From IMG/VR virus record IMGVR_UViG_3300029203_000004: 64,000 nucleotides of DNA, one strand, 5' to 3'. The translations under genes were made by a program, and so were the position numbers. This document shows, in pieces, positions 9,101 through 18,348 of the stretch (its first letter is position 1; every line of letters begins with the position of its first letter). A model generated the notes under the pieces. The model was not told the origin of the DNA. It ran no database searches and saw nothing but the letters and a program-made list of their open reading frames with translations. Origin of the DNA: a virus.

Positions 9101-9718
9101 TCAATAAGTTTTATATAACTCGAAATTATTATCCATAATACATTTATAGACTATGCCAATAAACTTTCCAATATTAACCTTGTTGTCTATTCTAATAACC
9201 TTATACCCCTTGCCTATTAAAAAGTTGGTTCTATTTATTTCGTCAATTGTATCATATCCAATATGCCTGTTTTCATCTATTTCAACTATAATGGATTTAT
9301 TAATTAAAATATCAACACAATATGGCTCTATAGGATACTGCCTTTCTATCGTAAAATTAATTCCAGATGATTCCATAAATGATTTCAATTCAAAGAAAAA
9401 CTCACTTTCGTCTATTTTTCTCAAAGATATATCAGAATCAGAAACTAATCCTTGGACAAAAAGCTCGTGTATAAAAAACTTTTTCTCGAACAAAGAAAGC
9501 CTATAAGACTTAGATAACCATTCTTTAATACATTCTCCATTAACAAGGACACAACTTCCTCTTCCTTTTTTACTAGGACGAATTATGTTATCTTGATTAA
9601 GACTGTTTAATTCAGTATGTTTAAAAGAATTACTTCCTATAAACACATTAAAAACAGACGATTTAAACCATCCATCTTTAACACTTTCTACTTTTACATT
9701 ATTAAATGTATATTCCAT
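9101..9718 (-). CDS. PD-(D/E)XK / DUF559-like endonuclease-fold protein
   Basis: C-terminus YCVDILINKSIIVEIDENRHIGYD...GYKVIRI has a D..E.D/K-type core. Start set to the internal MEYTF because 9719-9763 forms a 14-bp hairpin. Confidence 0.5.
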   Translation of the reverse strand: MEYTFNNVKVESVKDGWFKSSVFNVFIGSNSFKHTELNSLNQDNIIRPSKKGRGSCVLVNGECIKEWLSKSYRLSLFEKKFFIHELFVQGLVSDSDISLRKIDESEFFFELKSFMESSGINFTIERQYPIEPYCVDILINKSIIVEIDENRHIGYDTIDEINRTNFLIGKGYKVIRIDNKVNIGKFIGIVYKCIMDNNFELYKTY

Positions 9719-9750
9719 ATCTCCTTTTTTATGCAAAGATATGGAATATA
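9709..9750 (-). terminator. Perfect 14-bp inverted repeat TATATTCCATATCT / AGATATGGAATATA
   Basis: Read directly; downstream of the primase-helicase stop (9803) and overlapping the start of the next gene. Confidence 0.5.
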
Positions 9751-9802
9751 CATTAATAAACAAAACAAAAAGGGTATTTATTTATCATAAAACAAACCAC
9801 CC

Positions 9803-11269
9803 TTAAAACGGCAAATCCTCCTTCATTATATCATCAGCCTGTTGCAGAAGGTATTCGTCAGGATTATACTTCCGTCTTAGGACAATCTGGAACATTCTGT
9901 TCCTGTTCTCATCCCATGCAGAAGTGACAGAATACCCTTCCTGGCGTATCATGTCAACCATCTTTCTCTTACTGTAAGGTCTAACGCCACAGTCAATACA
10001 ATATGCACTGTATTTCACATACAAGTCACGGTCACGGATAGCCTCAAGTTCAATTCCCCCATCAGAATCATACCCCGAATCGTAAAGATACGACAGGACA
10101 CTGTTGGAATCACGTCTTGCGTTCTCCGTAACGGATTCTATCGTATAACTTCTCGTAAACTCACCCTTGTTCTTAACAAACCGTCTTGCACCCTCTATTA
10201 TCCAGTTTATGATAGCTGCCGATTCCTTTGACAGCTTCAACGGAAGCGACCTGTCCTGTTCCGATTCCTTGAACACACGATAGAACGGAATGACAAGAGA
10301 ACGTCTGAAATGGCCATAAGTCTGGTCCGAAACGGAAGGCATCTTGTTAAGGTTGGCCATAAACGGTGGCATCATGTCAGCAAGGAAAGGCTCACCGAAC
10401 GGAAGACGCGCCATAGTAGGCTCACCGGATATGAACTTCTTATACTTGCCACCGCTCACATCCTTCCCACCCATCTCGGAAGCGTAGTTGAGCAGCTTGC
10501 CGTTTATCATCGCTATATTGTACTCGCAAGTAGACTTGTCACCCGACAGGTCAGCCATCTCCATATACGACACATTGTCTTTCCCCAGGGCATTGACAAC
10601 AGCGTCAAAGAACACCGACTTACCGTTACTACCACAACCGAGAAGGTAACACATCTTCTCCATCTTGATCTTCTTCCTGTCAACAAAGGCACACCCCACA
10701 AACTCCTGTAAGGCATCCTGTGTATCCTTTACAGGGATCACATCGTCCAAAAACTTCTCCCACAACGGGCTGCGTGCCAACGGGTCATAATTGATATTGA
10801 TACGTATGCACGATTCTATCATGGGCGAGAAATCGAACGTTTCCATCGTTTCCGTGTCAAGGACGCAGTTGTCAAACGTGATGAAGTTACGCTTGGGGTT
10901 GAATATCTCATGCGTCACGTTCTTTACGATGGTACGGTAGAACCGCTCGCTCGTATCGGTCATATACAGTTCGCTAAGACCGTTTATCCGACACAAGTCC
11001 ATGCACAGGCGCATCAGATCCTCCTTCATCATGGGCACGAATATCTTACCGTCAAAAGCCATGATGGAACCGCTCCTGTGCCGTCTGAAATTACACTCCC
11101 TGCACGCATCGGCTATATCCATCTCAACCATAGCGGATATGGAACGTTTCCACTCGCCTTCATCCCTGGCTTTACGGAAGCCTCGACCACCGCCCTTGTC
11201 CGCCAGCTTGCCCATAACGGAATCAAGGATATATTCATAAGAAGCCTTTGCAGATTCAGCGACAGTCAT
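9803..11269 (-). CDS. D5/P4-family primase-helicase (SF3, phage/plasmid primase C-terminal domain)
   Basis: Walker A LLGCGSNGKSVF. The size and N-terminal D5_N-like region fit. C-terminus ends in MKEDLPF, an SSB-tip-like motif. Confidence 0.8.
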   Translation of the reverse strand: MTVAESAKASYEYILDSVMGKLADKGGGRGFRKARDEGEWKRSISAMVEMDIADACRECNFRRHRSGSIMAFDGKIFVPMMKEDLMRLCMDLCRINGLSELYMTDTSERFYRTIVKNVTHEIFNPKRNFITFDNCVLDTETMETFDFSPMIESCIRININYDPLARSPLWEKFLDDVIPVKDTQDALQEFVGCAFVDRKKIKMEKMCYLLGCGSNGKSVFFDAVVNALGKDNVSYMEMADLSGDKSTCEYNIAMINGKLLNYASEMGGKDVSGGKYKKFISGEPTMARLPFGEPFLADMMPPFMANLNKMPSVSDQTYGHFRRSLVIPFYRVFKESEQDRSLPLKLSKESAAIINWIIEGARRFVKNKGEFTRSYTIESVTENARRDSNSVLSYLYDSGYDSDGGIELEAIRDRDLYVKYSAYCIDCGVRPYSKRKMVDMIRQEGYSVTSAWDENRNRMFQIVLRRKYNPDEYLLQQADDIMKEDLPF

Positions 11270-12296
11270 TTTCCCCTCCTTTCTCTACCGATTCTACCGA
11301 TTTCTCCCGGTCCACAACCTTCCCGAACATTACAACGGGATACAGGTCATAATCGTCCGTTGATATATCAGGGCGTGCGTCCGTATCGTCAAGCGAAGAG
11401 TACACGTCCGCGATGTGTTCCAGTTTCCTGCACACGATGGAATTACGTCTTATCCCGTAATACTCTATAAGGTCAGCCATATACTGTATGGTGATGTCCT
11501 TGAACCATGTGAACGCATCGTCACGTGTCTTTGCCCCGTCACAGCAGGTGTTGAACGTGTACCCGAAACGCCTCATCTTCACGAAATAGCTGTTCCGCCA
11601 CAACGACACCGACTTGTCCATCTCGTTCCCGGCGTTACGTATGGCGGTGACGATGCTCCCGGGAATGAGCGCGCACCGTGAAACGCGTGCTGCCGAAGGC
11701 TTCCCGTTCGCCCCAGTCCCATCCACCATATCCACATCGGGCACGAACCTAAGGTCATCCACGCTCCTTCCGCCCACAACGGACGTGTCATGCCGCATGA
11801 GATAGTCGGCATCCACGATATGACCGTACTGCCTTACCTGGTCCTCGCACCACGAAGCGAATCTCCTTAACGACCGCTTCCACTCAGAAGGAAGCACATA
11901 CCCGTACTTTCCGCATATATCCTCTATATGCTTTCTCTCCTTCTCCCATTTCCGCTTCATCTTCCTCTCGTACTCCATCACTTCACCCTCCACGCTGACA
12001 CCAGCGACCTGTGCGGACATGGATCTTGCAGTCAAAGGTACGGGCACGCGCCTGATGAATGACTTTTCCGACACAAGAACCGTCCTAGTACCGTCCTTCA
12101 ACGGCTCGTCAAGTTTGAGGAAACACTGTCTGTCCGCAGCATTAACGAGCGTAACCCACCCGAACAGCCGTGTCTGAACCCTCATGCCCTTGTACCAACG
12201 TTCCCTGTCGGGCATTGCATCGGACAGGCATATGACACGCCTTGATTCGGGCAACCTAAGTTTAATCTCTATTTCTTCTTCCATCTTTACACACAC
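11256..12296 (-). CDS. hypothetical protein (346 aa), GC-rich relative to the window
   Basis: ORF track; overlaps the helicase start by 14 nt. A TAtaTTTG box lies 20 nt upstream of the 12296 ATG. Confidence 0.65.
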   Translation of the reverse strand: MCVKMEEEIEIKLRLPESRRVICLSDAMPDRERWYKGMRVQTRLFGWVTLVNAADRQCFLKLDEPLKDGTRTVLVSEKSFIRRVPVPLTARSMSAQVAGVSVEGEVMEYERKMKRKWEKERKHIEDICGKYGYVLPSEWKRSLRRFASWCEDQVRQYGHIVDADYLMRHDTSVVGGRSVDDLRFVPDVDMVDGTGANGKPSAARVSRCALIPGSIVTAIRNAGNEMDKSVSLWRNSYFVKMRRFGYTFNTCCDGAKTRDDAFTWFKDITIQYMADLIEYYGIRRNSIVCRKLEHIADVYSSLDDTDARPDISTDDYDLYPVVMFGKVVDREKSVESVEKGGENDCR

Positions 12297-12316
12297 ATTT
12301 TATCTGATTTCACCTG

Positions 12317-12324
12317 CAAATATA
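12317..12324 (-). promoter_or_regulatory. Bacteroidota -7 promoter box TAtaTTTG (minus strand)
   Basis: The plus strand reads CAAATATA; 20 nt upstream of the ATG at 12296. Confidence 0.45.
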
Positions 12325-12632
12325 GCGCAAAAAACAATACAAAAACAAATAGTTAAATTAATTAACTGCAAATGTTTACGTGATTAACAAATGCGTGTCA
12401 AGGAAGATAGTTTATCTTTCTTTACACAAGATTTTTTACTTTCACGCCAACAGTGTGTTTTAAACAGGAAAAGTAAAAAATGTTGATTGTTGTTATTTTT
12501 TATTTTTGTTATGATTTTTCTCATTTTAGTTAAAATGATTTAACTATAATTTTTTATTTACTTGCTATTTTCTACGTTAAGAAATGTAAAATTGACTTAA
12601 TTTAACATAAAATAAAAAATCTCAACACCGAT

Positions 12633-12648
12633 AGTTGCATATGCAACT
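12633..12648. promoter_or_regulatory. Perfect 16-bp palindrome AGTTGCATATGCAACT (candidate operator)
   Basis: Read directly; lies in the divergent intergenic control region. Confidence 0.5.
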
Positions 12649-12664
12649 AATTGATTTGGGAAAA

Positions 12665-12721
12665 TTCGTAAAAAACCTACGAAATTCGTTGTTTTTTCGT
12701 AGACTTCGTAAACTCTTCGTT
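12665..12721. repeat. Cluster of TTCGTA/TACGAA hexamer boxes
   Basis: TTCGTA at 12665, 12696, 12705; TACGAA at 12678; TTCGTT at 12685 and 12716. More copies at 13076, 13097-13109 (TACGA-TTT-TCGTA) and 13405-13419 (TACGAA-GAT-TTCGTA). Confidence 0.7.
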
Positions 12722-12872
12722 TTTCAACACTTGTCAAAAAACTTGCGCAAATTAGTGGTTAAATGGCTGAAAACAAGCTGTTTAGTCTTGTCAAAAAAAA
12801 TTGAATCGTAAATCTTTGAAAATTTACTCTCTATTAATTTGCATATTAAATGTTAAAAGTAATATATATTTA

Positions 12873-12956
12873 CAACATATACATACACGTACACCTTACA
12901 TGCTCTATTACAATACATATACATACACAATACATACATAACACATACACATACAG
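12873..12956. repeat. Low-complexity ACATAC/ACACA-rich tract
   Basis: acatatacatacacgtacacc...caatacatatacatacacaatacatacataacacatacacatacag. Confidence 0.7.
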
Positions 12957-13604
12957 AAACCAAAACTGCATACGTAATTTAGTATAGATACATATCAAAA
13001 CGACGAAATCAACGAAGAATACTGTAAACCAATAACTTATACTGCAAAAAAAGACATAAAAAATGCAACCACACCTACGAAACACACCAAAAAACCTACG
13101 ATTTTCGTAACTTTTTATGTAAATATTTATCCGATTTTGTTGAAAACTACCGAAAATACACCTCCAAAACGCAAAATCAGCCATCCGAGCAAAATTTGGG
13201 GGAAAAAAATTTTCAGAAAAAAATTTATCGGGAGCGACACACCCGCCGCGAAGCCTCCACAAAAGGGGGTATGGCACTGATTTACAGTATATTACGATTG
13301 TACAACAACCAAGGCGCACACCATTTGTAAATAAAAAAGAATTCTTTTCTACGACAATCGAATTTCAAAATCTTTACAAATAAAATATCTTTACAAGTGA
13401 CTTCTACGAAGATTTCGTAATTCCCTCACGTTCAGACACTTACAAACAGATTTAACACAAATTAACATTGAAAAATCTTGAAATTAAACATAATATTAAG
13501 CTAAAATAGGTCTTGCATGGTCGGATCTATTAATATTATGCAATATTAATTTAAAATATGTATATAAACTGTATTGATTTTGGAAAAAACGGGCTTAATT
13601 TATA

Positions 13605-13793
13605 ATGAATGTTAAAGAAATATACAAGGTAAATAAGTTTGTTGTATGTTTGCAGTGTCGGAAGGACAAAGCGATATATGACATATTGAAACAGCTTGCC
13701 ACGGTGAGAGCGTGGTACAGATCCGCAAACAAGGATAAGCGGAATATAAATAGCGGTGTAGCTAGCCACGATACAGAGATACGGAATACTTGA
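13605..13793 (+). CDS. possible small protein (62 aa), first plus-strand ORF
   Basis: The ORF-track peptide MNVKEIYKVNKFVVCLQCRKDKAIYDILKQL... looks protein-like, but it lies inside the control region with no clear promoter. Confidence 0.25.
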   Translation: MNVKEIYKVNKFVVCLQCRKDKAIYDILKQLATVRAWYRSANKDKRNINSGVASHDTEIRNT

Positions 13794-14029
13794 TACAGGC
13801 GACAGTGTTTTAGTGTGATATGTGATTAGCTCCTGATACGATATAATATAATGTGTGTGCGTGTATACGTATCTTATACATAAGCCTTAATACTTGTCTG
13901 TTATGCACGGATAAGTTAATATAAGCCGTAAAAACATACGACACGCACATATTGTAATGTAGCTGCCATGATAGTGGTAACGGTTACAAGCCCGTATAGA
14001 TACAGAGTACAATTTAAACATTTTATATT

Positions 14030-14239
14030 ATGATAGTTTATACAGTAGAAACGATTGGCGGGCAAATTACAAGCTACGAAGCGAATAAGGAAAATTTGCC
14101 CAAATTTTTAGAAAAGCCCGTTAAGGAAAGTTTTAAAAAGTACGGTTTTTGTATGTGGAAAACACCAGAATACGAGTGTATTATATATCCTACCTTACAG
14201 GCTGCACAGCATGCTATACAATGGACAATTGAAAATTAA
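14030..14239 (+). CDS. hypothetical protein (69 aa)
   Basis: ORF track; begins the co-oriented plus-strand array. Confidence 0.55.
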   Translation: MIVYTVETIGGQITSYEANKENLPKFLEKPVKESFKKYGFCMWKTPEYECIIYPTLQAAQHAIQWTIEN

Positions 14240-14257
14240 CAATTAAATATTACAATT

Positions 14258-15151
14258 ATGGAAACAAATAATTTATCTTACAATGTGACAAAAATTTACG
14301 TAGAGAACAGAATAACCTATAAAATGAATGTGCGCATAAGTTTAGACGATTCTTGCAAGAACGGTATATGCGATTGGAGTATCACGGCTGATATATACGA
14401 AAAACGTAAGAACGGGCGTTGGTGTGCTAATGGTTGCTGTTACAAAGAAATACTCAAACATTTTCCACAGTTTAAAACGTTTATTGACTTACATCTGTGC
14501 AACCATTACGGGCAACCTATGTATCCCGTTGAAAATGGCTTTTACCACCTTAAAAACAACGATAAAGAAAATACCATAAACTACCTACGTATTACCGAAT
14601 CAGAATATAATATACTACGTGATAGTGCGGAGGATAAGGGGTACTTTACATACCTATTATATACTCTAGGGATCGTAGACCGCTGGAAACAAGAAAGTTT
14701 AAAAGCTATAAAACAATTGGAAGCATTGACGGGTAACACATGGGAAAACCCGTATAAGCCCGAAAACGAACGTTTTGTATTAAGATTGACGGATGAAGAG
14801 CGTACACTAATTGAAAACAGAATCAAGGACGGGTATTATACAAGTGAAGCCATACAGGCACGGAAAGACCAGAAAAAACGTGAAGAATACGAAAAGAAAC
14901 GCAATGAAATAATTGCAGACTGTGAAAAATCCATACAAAAAGCGGAAAACAAAAAGCTAGTTATGTTAGCCATTCTTGATGCCGGAATTTCTTCAAAAAA
15001 TGCAATATATTACGACTTCAAAAATGAACTTACGTTTAATTGGAATGACTACGAAACAAAGATAACGCAAGAACAATTTGACGAATTTATGAATACAGTT
15101 GACAAAACTAAACTTCCTGAAAATATAACCTTTAAATTAAAGAAATTATGA
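14258..15151 (+). CDS. hypothetical protein (297 aa)
   Basis: ORF track; long clean ORF. Confidence 0.7.
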   Translation: METNNLSYNVTKIYVENRITYKMNVRISLDDSCKNGICDWSITADIYEKRKNGRWCANGCCYKEILKHFPQFKTFIDLHLCNHYGQPMYPVENGFYHLKNNDKENTINYLRITESEYNILRDSAEDKGYFTYLLYTLGIVDRWKQESLKAIKQLEALTGNTWENPYKPENERFVLRLTDEERTLIENRIKDGYYTSEAIQARKDQKKREEYEKKRNEIIADCEKSIQKAENKKLVMLAILDAGISSKNAIYYDFKNELTFNWNDYETKITQEQFDEFMNTVDKTKLPENITFKLKKL

Positions 15152-15363
15152 GAACGTTTTTTGCACAAGTTGAAACACGGTATCAGGGTTTTTGGCGGTT
15201 ATATGTGCTTTGAGAGTGATAATGATTATAGAGTTTGGAAAAATCAAAAGTAAATAACAATGATTGAAACATTAATACTATTAGGTTGCCTGTATCTATC
15301 AATACGGGTAACTGATTACATAGAGAACCAAAACAAACAATAACAATTTAAAAACGTAACATT

Positions 15364-15666
15364 ATGGAAACAAGAAACGACATATCTAATTTGCTTGCAA
15401 TGTATATACGTAACACAAGCGAAATATACAATATAACATTATGGCTGCAAAACTGTGTGATCAAAAAAGCAAACAAGGGCATACAACCACAAGTGGAATG
15501 CCTTGCCAATTGCAGCACAATGAAAACTATAATCAGAGAGGCCGCCAAACTATTGTACAAGTATGACGGAATAACACCCACCAGACAAGAAAAACAGCAA
15601 GCGGCTAAAGAGCACGCAAAATATATACTTGACGGTGTGCAATACTCCATCCAAAAACGCCAATAG
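15364..15666 (+). CDS. hypothetical protein (100 aa)
   Basis: ORF track; the antisense 117-aa ORF is hydrophobic and low-complexity, so it was rejected. Confidence 0.55.
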   Translation: METRNDISNLLAMYIRNTSEIYNITLWLQNCVIKKANKGIQPQVECLANCSTMKTIIREAAKLLYKYDGITPTRQEKQQAAKEHAKYILDGVQYSIQKRQ

Positions 15667-15739
15667 AAGGCAAAATAAAGCCTTCTATTGAAAGATCTCA
15701 ATCAATACCGATATATTATCCATAAAAACAAAAAACATT

Positions 15740-16084
15740 ATGATACTAGTAACAGTAAAAAACAGCAAAACAGGTAGCCAATATATTTGTAAATCGGCCT
15801 CAAAAACGGTAAAGGATATAGCATATAAACACATAAGTTATCATCTCGTATGCAGACATAAAGATCACCCGTTTTTTAAACAGTTTTACCACGGTCCAAA
15901 AGGTATATATATAGATTCGCCCCAGTACAAAGAAATAGAAGCTCTAGAAAAACCTATCTGGAATACACCAATATACAAATTACTAGAGCTAACCATTACG
16001 AAAACACCCCTAGACGGGCGTACTAGATACGCAAAACAGTTACCCGTATATAATACGGACGTATTAGCAGAACTTACCTATTAA
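15740..16084 (+). CDS. hypothetical protein (114 aa)
   Basis: ORF track. Confidence 0.6.
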   Translation: MILVTVKNSKTGSQYICKSASKTVKDIAYKHISYHLVCRHKDHPFFKQFYHGPKGIYIDSPQYKEIEALEKPIWNTPIYKLLELTITKTPLDGRTRYAKQLPVYNTDVLAELTY

Positions 16085-16109
16085 CTATTTATAAAAAAAC
16101 AATATAATT

Positions 16110-16406
16110 ATGATACAATTTACTATCGATAGTTTCAGCGGCGGTGTATCAGGCCGCCCGTACAATTCAATCAATGAAGCGATAAAGGATGGAGGCTACT
16201 CCGTTTGGTGTAATGAAAAAATTAAACTAGCGTTTAGTTTTGGGAACGGCACGGAAAAGGACTTTGAAAGGTATTGCAAAGACAATAAGTGTAAAATTGT
16301 GAGTGAAAACGAATTTTACAAAGAACTGTATTCTTTGCCATTGAATGAACAAGAAACACATATCCAATTTATTCGGGAACAATTAAGTCATTACAATTAT
16401 CTATAA
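16110..16406 (+). CDS. hypothetical protein (98 aa)
   Basis: ORF track. Confidence 0.6.
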   Translation: MIQFTIDSFSGGVSGRPYNSINEAIKDGGYSVWCNEKIKLAFSFGNGTEKDFERYCKDNKCKIVSENEFYKELYSLPLNEQETHIQFIREQLSHYNYL

Positions 16407-16420
16407 AACATAATGCAGCA

Positions 16421-16837
16421 ATGAAAAAGCAAAATTTACAAAAAGAATTATCTCCTATTTTTGACAATGAAAGTATTAAGATAGGAACGTTTAAAGCTAA
16501 CAGAAGTATTGATACATTGGATCTTATCAAGGAAAATATCAAGTTTTGGAAAAGCTATGACGGGCACAAACTACCCCATAAACAGGTTAAACGAGCGTAT
16601 TATAACGGCACTAAGACACAAAAAATAATCAAAATGTACAGAGATACGCCCGAATTGATTAAGTTTGTAAGAGAGCACGCAAGCGACTACGATACGTTAA
16701 ACCGAAAAGACGTACCGAGCTGCATAACTATTAAGTGTATACGGAATAAACGTTATTTTTCCGTATTTGGGAAAATAAGTTTTAAAGAAGTTTTGAATGT
16801 TTTCCCGTTACTTCCCAAATCATATTTGAACGAGTAA
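16421..16837 (+). CDS. hypothetical protein (138 aa)
   Basis: ORF track. Confidence 0.6.
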   Translation: MKKQNLQKELSPIFDNESIKIGTFKANRSIDTLDLIKENIKFWKSYDGHKLPHKQVKRAYYNGTKTQKIIKMYRDTPELIKFVREHASDYDTLNRKDVPSCITIKCIRNKRYFSVFGKISFKEVLNVFPLLPKSYLNE

Positions 16838-16933
16838 TGAAAGTGATTAGAGTAATAAGAAGAATACTAACCGACTCAGATATTATAGATCTATACGGTT
16901 TATATTGTGAATTTTATAAAAACATACAATAAT

Positions 16934-17113
16934 ATGAAACGCAAAGAATTAGACAACATTTTGCGCAACTTGTTAGTTGCTGGAAACATTGTAACCGTAC
17001 CGTTTGAACAAATGAGAGAGATACGCAAGGAACTAGACCGCTTTGTTAAGCCTGTACAGATACAGATTATTAAGAGTGATTTTGAAACGGTTTCATTCAG
17101 GGAATTAAGATAA
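16934..17113 (+). CDS. hypothetical protein (59 aa from the ATG)
   Basis: The ORF track begins at a GTG (16907); the first ATG gives MKRKELDNILRNLL... Confidence 0.45.
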   Translation: MKRKELDNILRNLLVAGNIVTVPFEQMREIRKELDRFVKPVQIQIIKSDFETVSFRELR

Positions 17114-17152
17114 TATAAGGTGAAAGATAAAGCGGAAATAGTAAAGGTTATA

Positions 17153-17284
17153 ATGTATGGTAGAACGATATACAAAGTAAACCTAATTAATACCCGAACG
17201 GGAATGTATTATAACAGTGCATCATTGTGGTTCGATACAATGAATGAGGCTAAAGAGTATATTTTAAAAAACGATTTGATATGA
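17153..17284 (+). CDS. possible small protein (43 aa)
   Basis: Hand translation gives MYGRTIYKVNLINTRTGMYYNSASLWFDTMNEAKEYILKNDLI. The theme resembles neighbouring small proteins (..EA.K..). Confidence 0.3.
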   Translation: MYGRTIYKVNLINTRTGMYYNSASLWFDTMNEAKEYILKNDLI

Positions 17285-17333
17285 TTTGATATGAACAATT
17301 CGTACAATGCAATGATTAATATTGTGCATCATA

Positions 17334-17363
17334 GAACGGTTTGAAACGGTTTGAAACGGTTTG
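17334..17363. repeat. 3 x 10-bp tandem repeat (A/G)AACGGTTTG
   Basis: gaacggtttg aaacggtttg aaacggtttg, read directly. Also GATTTGATAT x2 at 17273-17292 and a 9-bp-stem hairpin at 17373-17418. Confidence 0.8.
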
Positions 17364-17444
17364 AAACATATTTTCCCGGTATGGAGAACAACAAACAGAG
17401 CGACACTGTTACCGGGAACTATTAATAACTAAAAAGCAAAAACA

Positions 17445-17900
17445 ATGATTTACGAAGTACGCGCCTATTTGGGCAAAGGCGAAAACCTATATACCCGCAT
17501 TTTCGCAACGATGGAAGCAGCAAGAAAAGAGGTAGAACGACTTACTAACGGCTGCAATTTGAACGGGGTAAAAATTATCGGAATGATTTATACTTTATCT
17601 GCTGTGAATGACAAATACGAACATATCAGCGAGAAAACCGTATTTTTCGATAATAAGAAAGATTTAGCGAAATTCTATATAGCAAGGGATAAGGACGGGA
17701 AATTATTTAAATACCCTTATTGGGCTGGAATGTGTGCAACTGACATACCGCATAAGCATATTAACGCATACCCTTTTGATGGTAATTTCTACGTGCAAGG
17801 AAGGGACTACCAGCCAAAGAAAGGCAAAGAAATAGACGGTAAATTATACGGGTATGTGATTTATGAAAACTCGCCCGTACTGATAACAGAAGGTGATTAA
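17445..17900 (+). CDS. hypothetical protein (151 aa)
   Basis: ORF track. Confidence 0.65.
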   Translation: MIYEVRAYLGKGENLYTRIFATMEAARKEVERLTNGCNLNGVKIIGMIYTLSAVNDKYEHISEKTVFFDNKKDLAKFYIARDKDGKLFKYPYWAGMCATDIPHKHINAYPFDGNFYVQGRDYQPKKGKEIDGKLYGYVIYENSPVLITEGD

Positions 17901-17921
17901 CTATTAAAACAAAAAAAGGAT

Positions 17922-18152
17922 ATGGAAAGAACAAAGACACCCGAACAATTAAACAAGCAATGGAAGCGAATAAGCCGATATACAAGGCAGCGCGGCAAGT
18001 TCATGGACTATTTCGGAATATACGTACGTTATAGCAACAGTATGACAAAGTATTTAGGCTCTTCCCCTTATTGGAATATGAAGACTGGATACCAATATAC
18101 AGAGGAGAATAATGCGCCTGTCCCTGTCCGTATATATACAGCAAGTTACTAA
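17922..18152 (+). CDS. hypothetical protein (76 aa)
   Basis: ORF track. Confidence 0.55.
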   Translation: MERTKTPEQLNKQWKRISRYTRQRGKFMDYFGIYVRYSNSMTKYLGSSPYWNMKTGYQYTEENNAPVPVRIYTASY

Positions 18153-18348
18153 TTTAAATAAGATAATGATATACATTTTCCTTGTAGAATCGTTGTTTGC
18201 GATAACAAATTGGATCGTGTGTGGGACATTGAAGGTGATGACTGGGTACAACGGTTTTTAAGCCGAATTATCCGCCAAAGGTTCAACGCCTTGCAAGTGG
18301 TGCAAGTTCCACGGGCGGAACTATTACTAACAATTAAATGATTGAATT

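Noticed and set aside
10310-10711. Antisense or alternate-frame ORFs inside long genes (also 6343..7020, 10910..11470, 11415..11812, 48099..48796, 52110..52790, 60479..61087, 47152..47820)
   Set aside because: They overlap well-supported genes with recognisable motifs on the other strand or frame. They are most frequent in the GC-richer segments, which is typical of shadow ORFs.
12870-13319. 149-aa minus-strand ORF (and 13551..13769) in the large intergenic region
   Set aside because: The peptides are Cys/Tyr/Phe-rich low-complexity translations of ACATAC repeats and A/T runs. There is no operon context, so they are likely spurious.
15348-15701. 117-aa minus-strand ORF opposite 15364..15666
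   Set aside because: The peptide is hydrophobic and low-complexity, and it lies on the wrong strand for this co-oriented array. The plus-strand ORF has normal composition.
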